In this document: positions 27,262 to 36,250 of the stretch, piece after piece | Layout of the letters: every line of letters starts with the position of its first letter | Numbering within the stretch: the stretch's first letter is position 1 | Source: Candidatus Magasanikiibacteriota bacterium | Lineage (GTDB): Bacteria; Patescibacteriota; Patescibacteriia; Magasanikbacterales; GWA2-37-8 | DNA: 64,000 bases | Reading direction: 5' to 3' | NCBI GenBank assembly: GCA_036744835.1 | Contig: DAIOHD010000001.1 | Span: 951 to 64,950 of the forward strand | Program-made: the position numbers and the translations under genes | The notes under the pieces: model-generated | Seen by the model: the letters and a program-made list of their open reading frames with translations, nothing else | Told to the model about the DNA's origin: nothing | Databases searched by the model: none

Positions 27262-30159
27262 ATGTTATACAACGCCAACGAAGAAGAAAATAAAATACTT
27301 GATTATTGGGACGAACATAAGTGTTTTGAAAAATCAGTTGAAAAAAATCCAGAAAGTAAGCCGTATGCTTTTTATGATGGCCCGCCTTTTGCTACCGGCC
27401 TACCGCATTACGGTCACTTAGTGGCTTCATTAATGAAAGATATGGTTCCTAGATATTTTACGATGAATGGATTTAGAGTAGAAAGAAAATGGGGCTGGGA
27501 TTGTCATGGATTGCCGATTGAAAATATTGTAGAAAAAGATTTGAGTTTGGGTGGTCGTAAAGATATTGAGGATTATGGTATCGTAAAATTTAATGAAGGT
27601 TGTCGATCTTGCGTGATGACCTATGCACATGAATGGAAAAAAACTATTCGCAGTTTGGGTCGTTGGGTTGATATGGAGAATGATTACAAAACAATGGACA
27701 TAAATTATATGGAAACCGTTTGGTGGGTTTTTAAAAGTTTATGGGACAAAGGGTTTGTTTATAAAGGTTATAAACCGATGCACATTTGCCCTCGTTGTAG
27801 TACACCACTTTCTAATTTTGAAGTAACACAAGGTTACAAAGATATTAAAGATATTTCCATTACCGTAAAGTTTAAAGTTAAAAATCCTGAAAAATTGGGT
27901 TTGAAAAAATTGACTATTTTAGCATGGACTACTACTCCTTGGACATTACCAGGAAATGTTTTACTGGCTTTGGGTGGAGAAGTAAAATATGTTATTGCTA
28001 AAGTTGGGGAAGAAAATTATTTATTGGCCAAAGATAGACTGGAAGCAATATTAAAAAATGAACAATATGAAATTTTGAGCGAATATATTGGTGATAAATT
28101 GATAGATTTAACTTATGAACCGTTATTTCCTTATTTTGCCGACACACAAAATGCTTTTCGTACAGTAACTGCTTTGTTTGTTACTACGTTTGATGGTACT
28201 GGTGTGGTACATATTGCCCCAGCTTTTGGAGAAGATGATTTTAAAGTGGGAGAGAAAGAAAAAATTCCTTTGGTTCAGCACGTGGACATGACCGGAAGAT
28301 TTATTGATAAGGTTATTGATTTTGTTGGAATAGAAGTAAAACCTAAAGAAGATCCACAAAAAACCGATGTGGAAATTATCAAATGGTTAGCAGCGCAAGA
28401 TAAATTGTTTAGTAAAGAAAAAGTGGAGCATAGCTATCCACATTGTTGGCGTTGTGATACTCCATTACTCAATTATGCAACTGATAGTTGGTTTGTAAAA
28501 GTAATGGATATTAAAGAGCAAATGTTGAAAAATAATCAACAAATAAACTGGGTGCCGGCGCATTTCAAAGAAGGTCGTTTTGGTGATTGGTTGGAAGGGG
28601 CTCGTGATTGGGCGATATCACGTAATCGTTTTTGGGGCACACCACTTCCTGTTTGGGAAAGTAAAGATGGAGATTTTATTTGTGTCGGTTCGGTAAAAGA
28701 ATTGGAGGAATTAAGTGGACAAAGAATTACCGATTTACATAAACATTTTGTTGATAAAATAGTTTTTAATAAAGATGGAAAAGAATATAAAAAAATCCCC
28801 GAAGTTTTGGATTGCTGGTTTGAAAGCGGAAGTATGCCTTATGCACAAATGCACTATCCTTTTGAAAATAAGGAAAAATTTGAAAAAATGTTTCCAGCGG
28901 CCTTTATTGCTGAAGGACAAGATCAAACTCGCGGTTGGTTTTATACTTTGCATATTTTAGCTACTGCTCTGACAGTTGGTAAAAATCCAGCTATTCCGGT
29001 AAAAAATAGCTTACCGGCTTTCAAAAATGTAGTGGTTAATGGCATTGTATTAGCTGAAGATGGTAAAAAAATGAGTAAAAGTTTGCGCAATTATCCGGAT
29101 CCGGAAGTGTTGTTGCAAAAATATGGGGCCGATGCCGTTCGTTACTATATGGCCACTTCTCCGGTGATGGAAGCGGAATCTCTTTATTTTAGCGAAGAAG
29201 GAGTGAGAGAAGTTTATGGTAAGCTTATAAATACTCTTTGGAATGTTTATGAATTCTATGAAATGTTTGCAGGCGGAGTAAAGCCGGAAAAAAAGATTTC
29301 AAATAATATTTTGGATAAATGGATTTTAGCCAAATTAAATTTTTTAATAGAAGAGGTTTCCAAAAATATGGAAAATTATCGTTTGGCTCAAGCCAGTCGA
29401 CCGATTTTAGAATTTGTTACCGAGCTTTCTCAATGGTATGTACGTCGAAGTCGCGATCGTTTTAAAGGTAATGATGAAGAAGATAAAAAAGCGGCCTTGT
29501 CTACTACTTATGAAGTTTTGTCTATATTATCAAAAGTAATGGCACCAACTACGCCTTTTATTGCAGAAAAGATATATTTAGCCCTAGGTGGAGAAAAAGA
29601 AAGTATACACTTGGAAGATTGGCCGAAAGCTAAAAAAGCAGATAAAGACATTTTGGAAGAAATGGAAAAAGTGCGTAAAGCAGTGGAACTAGGATTGTCT
29701 TTACGAGCGGAAAAAGGGCTTAAAGTTCGTCAGCCTTTATCTAGGGTTGTAATAAACGAAAAGATAGAAGAGGAATTATTAAAAATTTTAGCTGAAGAAC
29801 TAAATGTTAAAGAAGCCATTTTTGATAAAAAATTCTCTTTTACTAAAAATACCAAAGAAAACAACGGTCTAAAAGTTTGGTTAGATACAGAAATTACACC
29901 TGAACTTAAAAAAGAAGGTGTGGTTCGAGAAATTATACGAACCGTCAACCAAATGCGTAAAGATCAGAAATTGACGGTTAACGACAAAATTATTTTAATT
30001 TTTAATTCTTCAAGTGAAAATTTAAAAGCAGTCATTGAAGAAAATTCTGAAAAATTAAAACAAAGCGTTTTGGCGGAAAAAATAGAACAACGAGAAACAT
30101 TAAATAAAGAAATGGAAATTGACGGAGAAAAAATTCAGCTTGCAGTGGAAAAAATCTAA
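27262..30159 (+). CDS. ileS: Isoleucine--tRNA ligase
   Basis: 965 aa. HIGH-class motif PHYGHL, KMSKS, and an editing domain. Confidence 0.95.
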   Translation: MLYNANEEENKILDYWDEHKCFEKSVEKNPESKPYAFYDGPPFATGLPHYGHLVASLMKDMVPRYFTMNGFRVERKWGWDCHGLPIENIVEKDLSLGGRKDIEDYGIVKFNEGCRSCVMTYAHEWKKTIRSLGRWVDMENDYKTMDINYMETVWWVFKSLWDKGFVYKGYKPMHICPRCSTPLSNFEVTQGYKDIKDISITVKFKVKNPEKLGLKKLTILAWTTTPWTLPGNVLLALGGEVKYVIAKVGEENYLLAKDRLEAILKNEQYEILSEYIGDKLIDLTYEPLFPYFADTQNAFRTVTALFVTTFDGTGVVHIAPAFGEDDFKVGEKEKIPLVQHVDMTGRFIDKVIDFVGIEVKPKEDPQKTDVEIIKWLAAQDKLFSKEKVEHSYPHCWRCDTPLLNYATDSWFVKVMDIKEQMLKNNQQINWVPAHFKEGRFGDWLEGARDWAISRNRFWGTPLPVWESKDGDFICVGSVKELEELSGQRITDLHKHFVDKIVFNKDGKEYKKIPEVLDCWFESGSMPYAQMHYPFENKEKFEKMFPAAFIAEGQDQTRGWFYTLHILATALTVGKNPAIPVKNSLPAFKNVVVNGIVLAEDGKKMSKSLRNYPDPEVLLQKYGADAVRYYMATSPVMEAESLYFSEEGVREVYGKLINTLWNVYEFYEMFAGGVKPEKKISNNILDKWILAKLNFLIEEVSKNMENYRLAQASRPILEFVTELSQWYVRRSRDRFKGNDEEDKKAALSTTYEVLSILSKVMAPTTPFIAEKIYLALGGEKESIHLEDWPKAKKADKDILEEMEKVRKAVELGLSLRAEKGLKVRQPLSRVVINEKIEEELLKILAEELNVKEAIFDKKFSFTKNTKENNGLKVWLDTEITPELKKEGVVREIIRTVNQMRKDQKLTVNDKIILIFNSSSENLKAVIEENSEKLKQSVLAEKIEQRETLNKEMEIDGEKIQLAVEKI

Positions 30160-30180
30160 AAAACTTGGAGATATTTGAAA

Positions 30181-30218
30181 AAAACCCGCTTTAATGTTAT
30201 GATTAAAGCGGGTTTTAA
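30181..30218 (+). terminator. Intrinsic terminator after ileS
   Basis: cccgctttaat...attaaagcggg hairpin followed by tttt. Confidence 0.55.
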
Positions 30219-30239
30219 ATTATTTATTAACTTTAATTT

Positions 30240-31223
30240 ATGAAATATTCAACACAAATTTTGATGTTTTTGTTGTTTTTAACCGTTGGTTTTGTCGGTT
30301 ATATGACGTACCAAATCTTTATAAATGAACAAGATATTGTTCAAAGTAACATCGTGTTCAGTATTAATAATGATGCTTTGCAAAAAAATACTATTGCTTT
30401 ACCAAAAATAAACTACGCAAATTTAACAGAAAAAGATATTTTAAATTTATTAGTTGATGAGATTGTAGAACCGGAAAAAGTAATGGAGAACTTATATTTG
30501 GCCAAAATAAAAACTAGTAAAAATGAAATGGCTTTGATGAGTTTGCCTGGTTGGAATGAGTTATTGGCTAAAGTTTTTGGGGAATATATGAACTGGGTTG
30601 GTAAAGATTCCAAAATGCAGAAATTTTCTGCGCAGATGGTTACAGACTTGTCCCCTTATTATGACGCAAAAAAATGTGATTTAAAAAAAGTGACTTTTGG
30701 GTACGCACCAAGACTAAAAGAAAAATTAAATTCTCCTCATTTGGGAATTACGGATAGTTATAAAATAATGTTTGGGGATGAAAAATATGTCAAAACTTTT
30801 GCCAGTGCCAAAAAATTAACTGATTTGAGTGATGGAGCTGTTTATTGGATGGCACATGAATTAACTCATTGTGAGCAGTACGCAGGTAATAGAAATAAAT
30901 ATGCAGTGCGCTGGTTTAATGAATTATTTAAATATGCAGCCAAAGATTTTGTTGCTGATTTTTGGAATGCCATAGAAAAAGCTATTACTAAATTTGTGTT
31001 TACTGGAAAATGGGATTTTAGTAATGTAATTTCTATGTTAGCTCCGGAAAAATTAGCTCAATATGATGATAATATGCCGCTTGAAATAGAAGCTTATGAA
31101 AAGGGGATGAAAGTGGTTGGAGAAGTTAGTAAAATTCGAGCTAGGGAACAAATAAAGATTGAAATTGATCTAAAGCCAATCATCAAACCAATCATTGTTC
31201 AACCTATAAAGTTCAATCCTTAA
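30240..31223 (+). CDS. Membrane-anchored putative zinc metallopeptidase (HExxH; DUF4157-like motif)
   Basis: 327 aa with an N-terminal TM. WMAHELTHCEQY matches the DUF4157-type xHELxHxxQ zinc-binding signature. Confidence 0.4.
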   Translation: MKYSTQILMFLLFLTVGFVGYMTYQIFINEQDIVQSNIVFSINNDALQKNTIALPKINYANLTEKDILNLLVDEIVEPEKVMENLYLAKIKTSKNEMALMSLPGWNELLAKVFGEYMNWVGKDSKMQKFSAQMVTDLSPYYDAKKCDLKKVTFGYAPRLKEKLNSPHLGITDSYKIMFGDEKYVKTFASAKKLTDLSDGAVYWMAHELTHCEQYAGNRNKYAVRWFNELFKYAAKDFVADFWNAIEKAITKFVFTGKWDFSNVISMLAPEKLAQYDDNMPLEIEAYEKGMKVVGEVSKIRAREQIKIEIDLKPIIKPIIVQPIKFNP

Positions 31224-31233
31224 AAGATAATCA

Positions 31234-31262
31234 AAAAACTCACTAATTAAAGTGAGTTTTTT
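31234..31262. terminator. Bidirectional hairpin terminator between the convergent DUF4157-like and radical SAM genes
   Basis: aaactcact-aattaa-agtgagttt followed by a T-run. Confidence 0.5.
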
Positions 31263-32178
31263 ATTTGTTTAAAAGCTTAAATGTATTTTGACAAGTATAG
31301 GTTTTTAATTCTTGGTTATAACCACAGAGAAAATCAGGCGCACAGCATCCGTGGCATTTTTTTATTTTACAATTTTGACAAGGTAAAAGTACACTTTTAA
31401 ATTTTTTGATAATTTGTTTGATAGGTTTTTTGCTGTCTATCAAAGCGATAGGGGATTCGCAACAGCCGTAAATTTTTCCATCGGATTGTAAAGAAAGTTG
31501 AAAACAGCCGAAATTTTTATCTGGTACGGATTTATAATTTGTTTTGATATCTAAAATTTGTTTTAGTGTTAAAGCCCCTTCAATATTTTTGTCATTGGAT
31601 AATGAATGATTGTCGGTATAAAATTTGGTTTTTTGTGTCATGTAATTTAAAACCAATTCTTTACCAGTTTCTTTGGAAAGTTGTTTTTGAAAAGTTTTTC
31701 GATAAGGATATGATCGTTTGTTAATCAAAAACATTATTTCTACAAAAAATCCCAGAGCCAAAGCTTGTTTTACAAAAGAAACACTTTTTTGAAAATTGCC
31801 TTGACCGCGATTGTAATCATGAATTTTTTCCGGACCGTCAAAAGAAACTAGTAGTTGTACTTGATTTGGATTTTTTATTTCTTTGAGACGATTGATTGTG
31901 CCATTGGTAATAACAGAAACAAAGATATTTTGTTGATTTATTTTATTTATTAAATCAGTAAAATTTTTTTGAGCAAAAACTTCTCCGCCGCAAAATAAAA
32001 TTGATTTTAGGTCAATTTCTTTTTTATAACGATTTACAAAGGATAACATTTTTTTATTAGATAAAATATTTTTTGTTTTTTTGGTATAACAATATCGGCA
32101 ATTGAGATTGCATAATTCCAGAGGGGAAATATAGATATTTTCCAAAGCGATTTTAATGTCTTTTGATAATATAGGCAT
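31261..32178 (-). CDS. Radical SAM protein with a C-terminal auxiliary-cluster (SPASM/twitch-like) Cys motif
   Basis: 305 aa. N-terminal CNLNCRYCY (CX3CX2C), a GGE-like FCGGEV, and C-terminal CC...CQNCKIKKCHGCC...C. Confidence 0.75.
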   Translation of the reverse strand: MPILSKDIKIALENIYISPLELCNLNCRYCYTKKTKNILSNKKMLSFVNRYKKEIDLKSILFCGGEVFAQKNFTDLINKINQQNIFVSVITNGTINRLKEIKNPNQVQLLVSFDGPEKIHDYNRGQGNFQKSVSFVKQALALGFFVEIMFLINKRSYPYRKTFQKQLSKETGKELVLNYMTQKTKFYTDNHSLSNDKNIEGALTLKQILDIKTNYKSVPDKNFGCFQLSLQSDGKIYGCCESPIALIDSKKPIKQIIKKFKSVLLPCQNCKIKKCHGCCAPDFLCGYNQELKTYTCQNTFKLLNK

Positions 32179-32282
32179 ATTATGGCTAATTATAGGGTTG
32201 TTTAGGGCGATTCGTCAACCGAGATATTGACAAAAATGATTTTTTTGGCTAATATAAGCTTTAATTAAACCAAATTTTATTT

Positions 32283-33323
32283 ATGGTTACTTGGCGAGAA
32301 CTTCGGGATAATCCGAGGTTAAAACAGACTTTTGATAAAAAAATGGACGCAGTCAAAGCTGTGCGTGATTTTTTTTGGGAAAATGGTTTCAAAGAAGCGA
32401 TTACTCCGACTGCTCTTATTAGTACTGACCAGGAAAAGTATTTTGATCCTATGCCAGTTTATTTTCATGAGCCAAACGGTACTGAACATCGTTTATTTTT
32501 GGTGACTTCACCGGAAATTGGTTTGAAAAAATTACTTTGTGCCGGCTGGACTAAAGTTTTTCAAATGTTACAAGTTTTTCGTGATTATGAGGAATTTGGC
32601 AATACGCACAATCCAGAATTTACTATGATTGAATGGTACAGAGGTCCGGGAACATATTGGGAAATAATGAATGATGTGGAAAGCCTTTATAAATATGTAG
32701 CTACAAAACTTGGAGTAAAAAAATTATTTTATAAAGGTATTTCAACTGAAATTTTTACAAAGTGGGAAAGAGTAAGTATGAAAGAGCTGTGGCAAAAACA
32801 TGTCGGGGTTAATTTGGACGATTATTTAACCACAGAAGCGATGAATAAACTGACTAAAGAGCGCGGTTATCAAGTGAGCGATGATGATACTTATGAAAGC
32901 AATTTTTACAAAATATTTTTAAATGAAATAGAAGGAAAATTGGGAATTGAAAAACCGGTTTTTGTCTATAGTTTTCCGGATCTTTTAGCTTCACTTTGTC
33001 AAAGTGATCCAAATGATAGTCGCTATGTAGAACGTTTTGAGTTTTATGTAAATGGATTGGAATTGGGCAATGCCTACGGAGAATTAAACGATGGAAAACT
33101 TCAAGCTAAACATTTACATGAAAATTATGAGTTTAGAAAAAAAAATGGAAAAATGCTTTATCCGATTGACGAAGATTTTAATCAGGCGGTTGAAGAAAGC
33201 ATGCCTAAAGCTGGAGGAATAGCCATTGGTATAGATAGGATGGTGATGCTCATGACTGGCGTAAAAGATATAAACGAAGTTATTTTTGAAAGTGCAAAAG
33301 ATCAAACTGATAGATATAGATAA
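32283..33323 (+). CDS. Class II lysyl-tRNA synthetase catalytic-domain paralog lacking the anticodon-binding domain (EpmA/GenX-like EF-P lysyl ligase)
   Basis: 346 aa. Motif 2 HNPEFTMIEWY and motif 3 GGIAIGIDRMVMLMTG. Too short for a full LysRS. Confidence 0.6.
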   Translation: MVTWRELRDNPRLKQTFDKKMDAVKAVRDFFWENGFKEAITPTALISTDQEKYFDPMPVYFHEPNGTEHRLFLVTSPEIGLKKLLCAGWTKVFQMLQVFRDYEEFGNTHNPEFTMIEWYRGPGTYWEIMNDVESLYKYVATKLGVKKLFYKGISTEIFTKWERVSMKELWQKHVGVNLDDYLTTEAMNKLTKERGYQVSDDDTYESNFYKIFLNEIEGKLGIEKPVFVYSFPDLLASLCQSDPNDSRYVERFEFYVNGLELGNAYGELNDGKLQAKHLHENYEFRKKNGKMLYPIDEDFNQAVEESMPKAGGIAIGIDRMVMLMTGVKDINEVIFESAKDQTDRYR

Positions 33324-33349
33324 AAAAAGCGTCCCGAGGGACGCTTTTG
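33322..33349. terminator. Bidirectional intrinsic terminator (gcgtccc-gag-ggacgc)
   Basis: Perfect 7-bp GC-rich stem flanked by A-run and T-run, between convergent genes. Confidence 0.55.
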
Positions 33350-33380
33350 ACGTTAAAATAGTTTTGAGAACAATGTTTAT

Positions 33381-33578
33381 TCAGGCGGTGCCTGATTTTA
33401 AAAAACGGTTCTGTTTACCAGCAGGTAATATCGGGCTGGTGTGGCCGGAAATAATGCTTTTGTTTATGGGAATATGGATGGCACGACGTACCATGGCACC
33501 GTGTTCCAATATTCCTTTTTTTGTCTGTTCCTTACCTTTTTTTCTGAGAGATTTTTTCTTTTTGTCTTCTTTTGTCAT
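33381..33578 (-). CDS. Small basic hypothetical protein (65 aa)
   Basis: ORF MTKEDKKKKSLRKKGKEQTKKG... with a Lys-rich N-terminus. Second gene of a two-gene minus-strand unit ending at the terminator. Confidence 0.3.
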   Translation of the reverse strand: MTKEDKKKKSLRKKGKEQTKKGILEHGAMVRRAIHIPINKSIISGHTSPILPAGKQNRFLKSGTA

Positions 33579-33675
33579 ACGACTCTCCTTAATGTTTTAG
33601 GGTTTTTCCGAGTTTTTTTATACTTTTCTTCACTGAAATATTCGTTTCTAGGGTATGATATTTACAGATATTCTC

Positions 33676-33912
33676 CTAAGCCTCACTCATTTCTTTGCCA
33701 GCTGAATTTAAATTATTAGCTACCAAAGAAAGTTTTTTGGCAAGTTTAATCTTACCGTCTTTTTCATCTTTTGCTGAAGCGCGGAGCAGTTCTGCCCCAA
33801 GACAAAGTAAAAAAATATAAACGGATTTGTAGCTCAGATTGGCTATGTCTTTTGCCAATTTTTTGAGGCTTTTATACCCAGCCAGGTTTTTTGGACGTTG
33901 TTCCTTTGTCAT
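33676..33912 (-). CDS. Small basic hypothetical protein (78 aa), possibly a helical DNA-binding fold
   Basis: ORF MTKEQRPKNLAGYKSLKKLAKDIANLSYKSVYIFLLCLGAELLRASAKDEKDGKIKLAKKLSLVANNL. The predicted helix-loop-helix-loop-helix layout loosely resembles a histone fold. Confidence 0.3.
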   Translation of the reverse strand: MTKEQRPKNLAGYKSLKKLAKDIANLSYKSVYIFLLCLGAELLRASAKDEKDGKIKLAKKLSLVANNLNSAGKEMSEA

Positions 33913-34075
33913 TTCTTCCTCCGTTGTTGAAAATTTTTAATGAACGTACCGTGTAATGTAGACTATTTTTTTTCTTTTGTCAAGGTATTAAAGGTATTTT
34001 TAGATTGACTTTTTGGCTTAAAAAGTATACGATTTATATACTTAATACCTAATACTTGATATTAAATATTATTTT

Positions 34076-35038
34076 ATGATGAATATCCAACAAATCTTTG
34101 AAACGGCTCTAAAAATGGCTATTTCAGCTGATCCGCGAGGGGAAAAAGGGGTAAAACAATATCTTGGTCGTGTTAAAAAAGAATATGAAGATCTCAAACT
34201 GGCAGATAAAAAATATTTTGACACCGAGAGACTTTTTAATCCTTATGCGGACAGTCGTTTGCATTTGGGAGACCCCAAAAAACCGGTAAAAAGAATTTTG
34301 GCCGGTATAGATATTGGATCAGCGGAAATTTTATTGGCCTCTCAGCTTAACGAAAGAGGCAAAAAAATAGATTTGGTTTTGGCCCATCATCCGATAGGCA
34401 GGGGATTGGCGGATTTGCATGGGGTGATGGATATGACAACAGAAGTTTATGAAAATCTCGGTATTCCAGTCCATTTGGCCGAACAAATCACCGAAGAAAG
34501 AATAAAAGAAGTTGGGCGCAGTGTTCATCCTGCCAATCATTTTCAAGTGATTGATATGGCCAATCTTTTGCAAATTGATTTGATGAATACTCATACAGCA
34601 ACTGACAATTTGGTAAGTCAATACGTGGAAAAGTTTTTGAAAAATAAAAAGCCAGAAACTATAAATGATTTGTTAAAAGTTTTGTTGGAAATTCCAGAAT
34701 ATTCTGAAGCAAAAAAGGTTGGCGCTGGGCCGAAATTGTTTGCCGGAAATCCGCGACATCGAGTTGGTAAATTTTTGATGGAAATGACCGGTGGTACCAA
34801 TCCATCACAAAAAGTTTATGAGATTTTGAGTAAAGCTGGGATTAGTACTATTGTAACGATGCATATGAAAGATGACGCTATAAACAAAGCCAAAGAACAA
34901 TTTATGAACGTGGTCGTGGCCGGACACATATCTTCTGATTCTTTGGGGATGAATTTATTTTTGGATGAATTGGAAAAACAAGGAGTAGAAGTGTTGGCTT
35001 GCGGAGGATTGATCAGGGTTAAACGAAATAAAAAATAA
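34076..35038 (+). CDS. Nif3-like dinuclear metal centre protein (YqfO/YbgI family)
   Basis: 320 aa. N-terminal LVLAHHPIGRG and C-terminal VVVAGHISSD metal-ligand motifs. Confidence 0.5.
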   Translation: MMNIQQIFETALKMAISADPRGEKGVKQYLGRVKKEYEDLKLADKKYFDTERLFNPYADSRLHLGDPKKPVKRILAGIDIGSAEILLASQLNERGKKIDLVLAHHPIGRGLADLHGVMDMTTEVYENLGIPVHLAEQITEERIKEVGRSVHPANHFQVIDMANLLQIDLMNTHTATDNLVSQYVEKFLKNKKPETINDLLKVLLEIPEYSEAKKVGAGPKLFAGNPRHRVGKFLMEMTGGTNPSQKVYEILSKAGISTIVTMHMKDDAINKAKEQFMNVVVAGHISSDSLGMNLFLDELEKQGVEVLACGGLIRVKRNKK

Positions 35039-35119
35039 TTTGTAGCAAGTAGTATGTAGCATGTATTATGTAGTCGCTTCGATACATAATTCATAATACA
35101 TACTACATAATACACACAT

Positions 35120-35701
35120 ATGATTTCTCTTATCAAAGGCAAAGTGATAGAAAATAATGGTGAGAAAATAACTGTCTTAACTACCGGGGGAGTTGGCTAT
35201 GAAATTTTGGTTAATACCAATGGAGCTGAATTTTTTAAAGTCGGGATGGAAACCGAAATTTTGACTTATTTGTCAGTTAGAGAAAATGCGATGGATTTGT
35301 TTGGTTTTAAAAACAAAGAAGAAAAAAGTTTATTTGAAAAATTTTTATTAGTTTCCGGAGTTGGTCCGAAAACAGCTTTACGTATTTTGTCCTTGGGTAG
35401 TGTTGGAGAAATCAGTTCGGCCATTGCTCGTAGCGATGTCGCTTATCTCACAAAGGTTTCCGGAATGGGTAAAAAAACCGCAGAAAGACTGGTGGTGGAG
35501 CTTAAAAATAAAGTCGGACCAAGTACAAATGCAAATTTGGGCCAAGGATTTAGTAATGAAATAGGCGATGTAATAGAAGGTTTAATGGCTTTGGGTTATA
35601 GTGGAGTACAAGCCAGAGATACAGCACAAAAACTTCAAGCTAATGGTAAAACAAGTGAACAATTGATGAAAGAAGCGTTGAAGATGTTGGGAAGAAAATA
35701 G
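35120..35701 (+). CDS. ruvA: Holliday junction branch migration complex subunit RuvA
   Basis: 193 aa. MISLIKGKV...GVGYEI OB-fold, two HhH motifs (GVGPKTALRIL, GMGKKTAERL), and a C-terminal domain. Confidence 0.85.
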   Translation: MISLIKGKVIENNGEKITVLTTGGVGYEILVNTNGAEFFKVGMETEILTYLSVRENAMDLFGFKNKEEKSLFEKFLLVSGVGPKTALRILSLGSVGEISSAIARSDVAYLTKVSGMGKKTAERLVVELKNKVGPSTNANLGQGFSNEIGDVIEGLMALGYSGVQARDTAQKLQANGKTSEQLMKEALKMLGRK

Positions 35702-35712
35702 TATTAAGTATT

Positions 35713-36216
35713 ATGATAGAAATAAATTTTTTCCAATTGATTAAAGATGTTGTATTAACATCTTTGGGTGTTGTATGGGTCTTGATTAAATATTTTTGGT
35801 GGTTGCTTTTGTTGGGATTAATAATTGAATTCTCTCCAAATATTTTAGATTTTTTATTAAATTTACTGTTTGGTCGCAAAGAGGTAGAAGAAAAAAAAGA
35901 AAATAAGAGATATTTTAAATATTCTGAGTCTTTATACAAAAATTTATTATTACGCGGTTTACCTGTAGAACTCGAAAAGTTCGATGGTCATAAAACCGTT
36001 GATATTACTTGTGTTCCGGCTAAATTAGATATTGAAATTGACGGTATTCAGCATGCATTTTACAAACAGGCCATAAGCGATTTGAAAAGAACATACTATT
36101 CGCTTGAAAATGACTATGTAACATTAAGAATTCCAAATAATTTAATAAAAAACAATCCAGAAGAAGTTGTTGATTGGGTAGAAAAGATTATAAAAATAAG
36201 AATAGACAAAAAATAA
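35713..36216 (+). CDS. Membrane-anchored DUF559 (Vsr/restriction-endonuclease-like fold) protein
   Basis: 167 aa. Two N-terminal TM helices, then LDIEIDGIQHAFYKQAISDLKRTYYSLENDYVTLRIP, which matches the DUF559 pattern D-E-DG-H...D..R...L...G-V-R. Confidence 0.5.
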   Translation: MIEINFFQLIKDVVLTSLGVVWVLIKYFWWLLLLGLIIEFSPNILDFLLNLLFGRKEVEEKKENKRYFKYSESLYKNLLLRGLPVELEKFDGHKTVDITCVPAKLDIEIDGIQHAFYKQAISDLKRTYYSLENDYVTLRIPNNLIKNNPEEVVDWVEKIIKIRIDKK

Positions 36217-36223
36217 TAAAAAA

Positions 36224-36250
36224 ATCTGCCATTACTGGCAGATTTTTTTA
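36224..36250. terminator. Bidirectional intrinsic terminator (atctgcca-ttac-tggcagat plus T7)
   Basis: Perfect 8-bp stem. The T-run overlaps the stop codon of the minus-strand HD gene. Confidence 0.55.

Noticed and set aside
31261-32178. Radical SAM protein as EpmB (lysine 2,3-aminomutase), partner of the adjacent EpmA-like gene
   Set aside because: The CX3CX2C motif sits at residue 23 rather than about 120, there is no PLP-binding region, and a SPASM-like C-terminal Cys cluster is present. Its architecture is that of a maturase-type rSAM, not KamA/EpmB.
33286-33719. Plus-strand ORFs 33286-33600 and 33441-33719
   Set aside because: They overlap each other and the 3' end of the EpmA-like gene and run through its terminator. 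The minus-strand small genes have clean start/stop and terminator organisation, so the plus ORFs are considered spurious.
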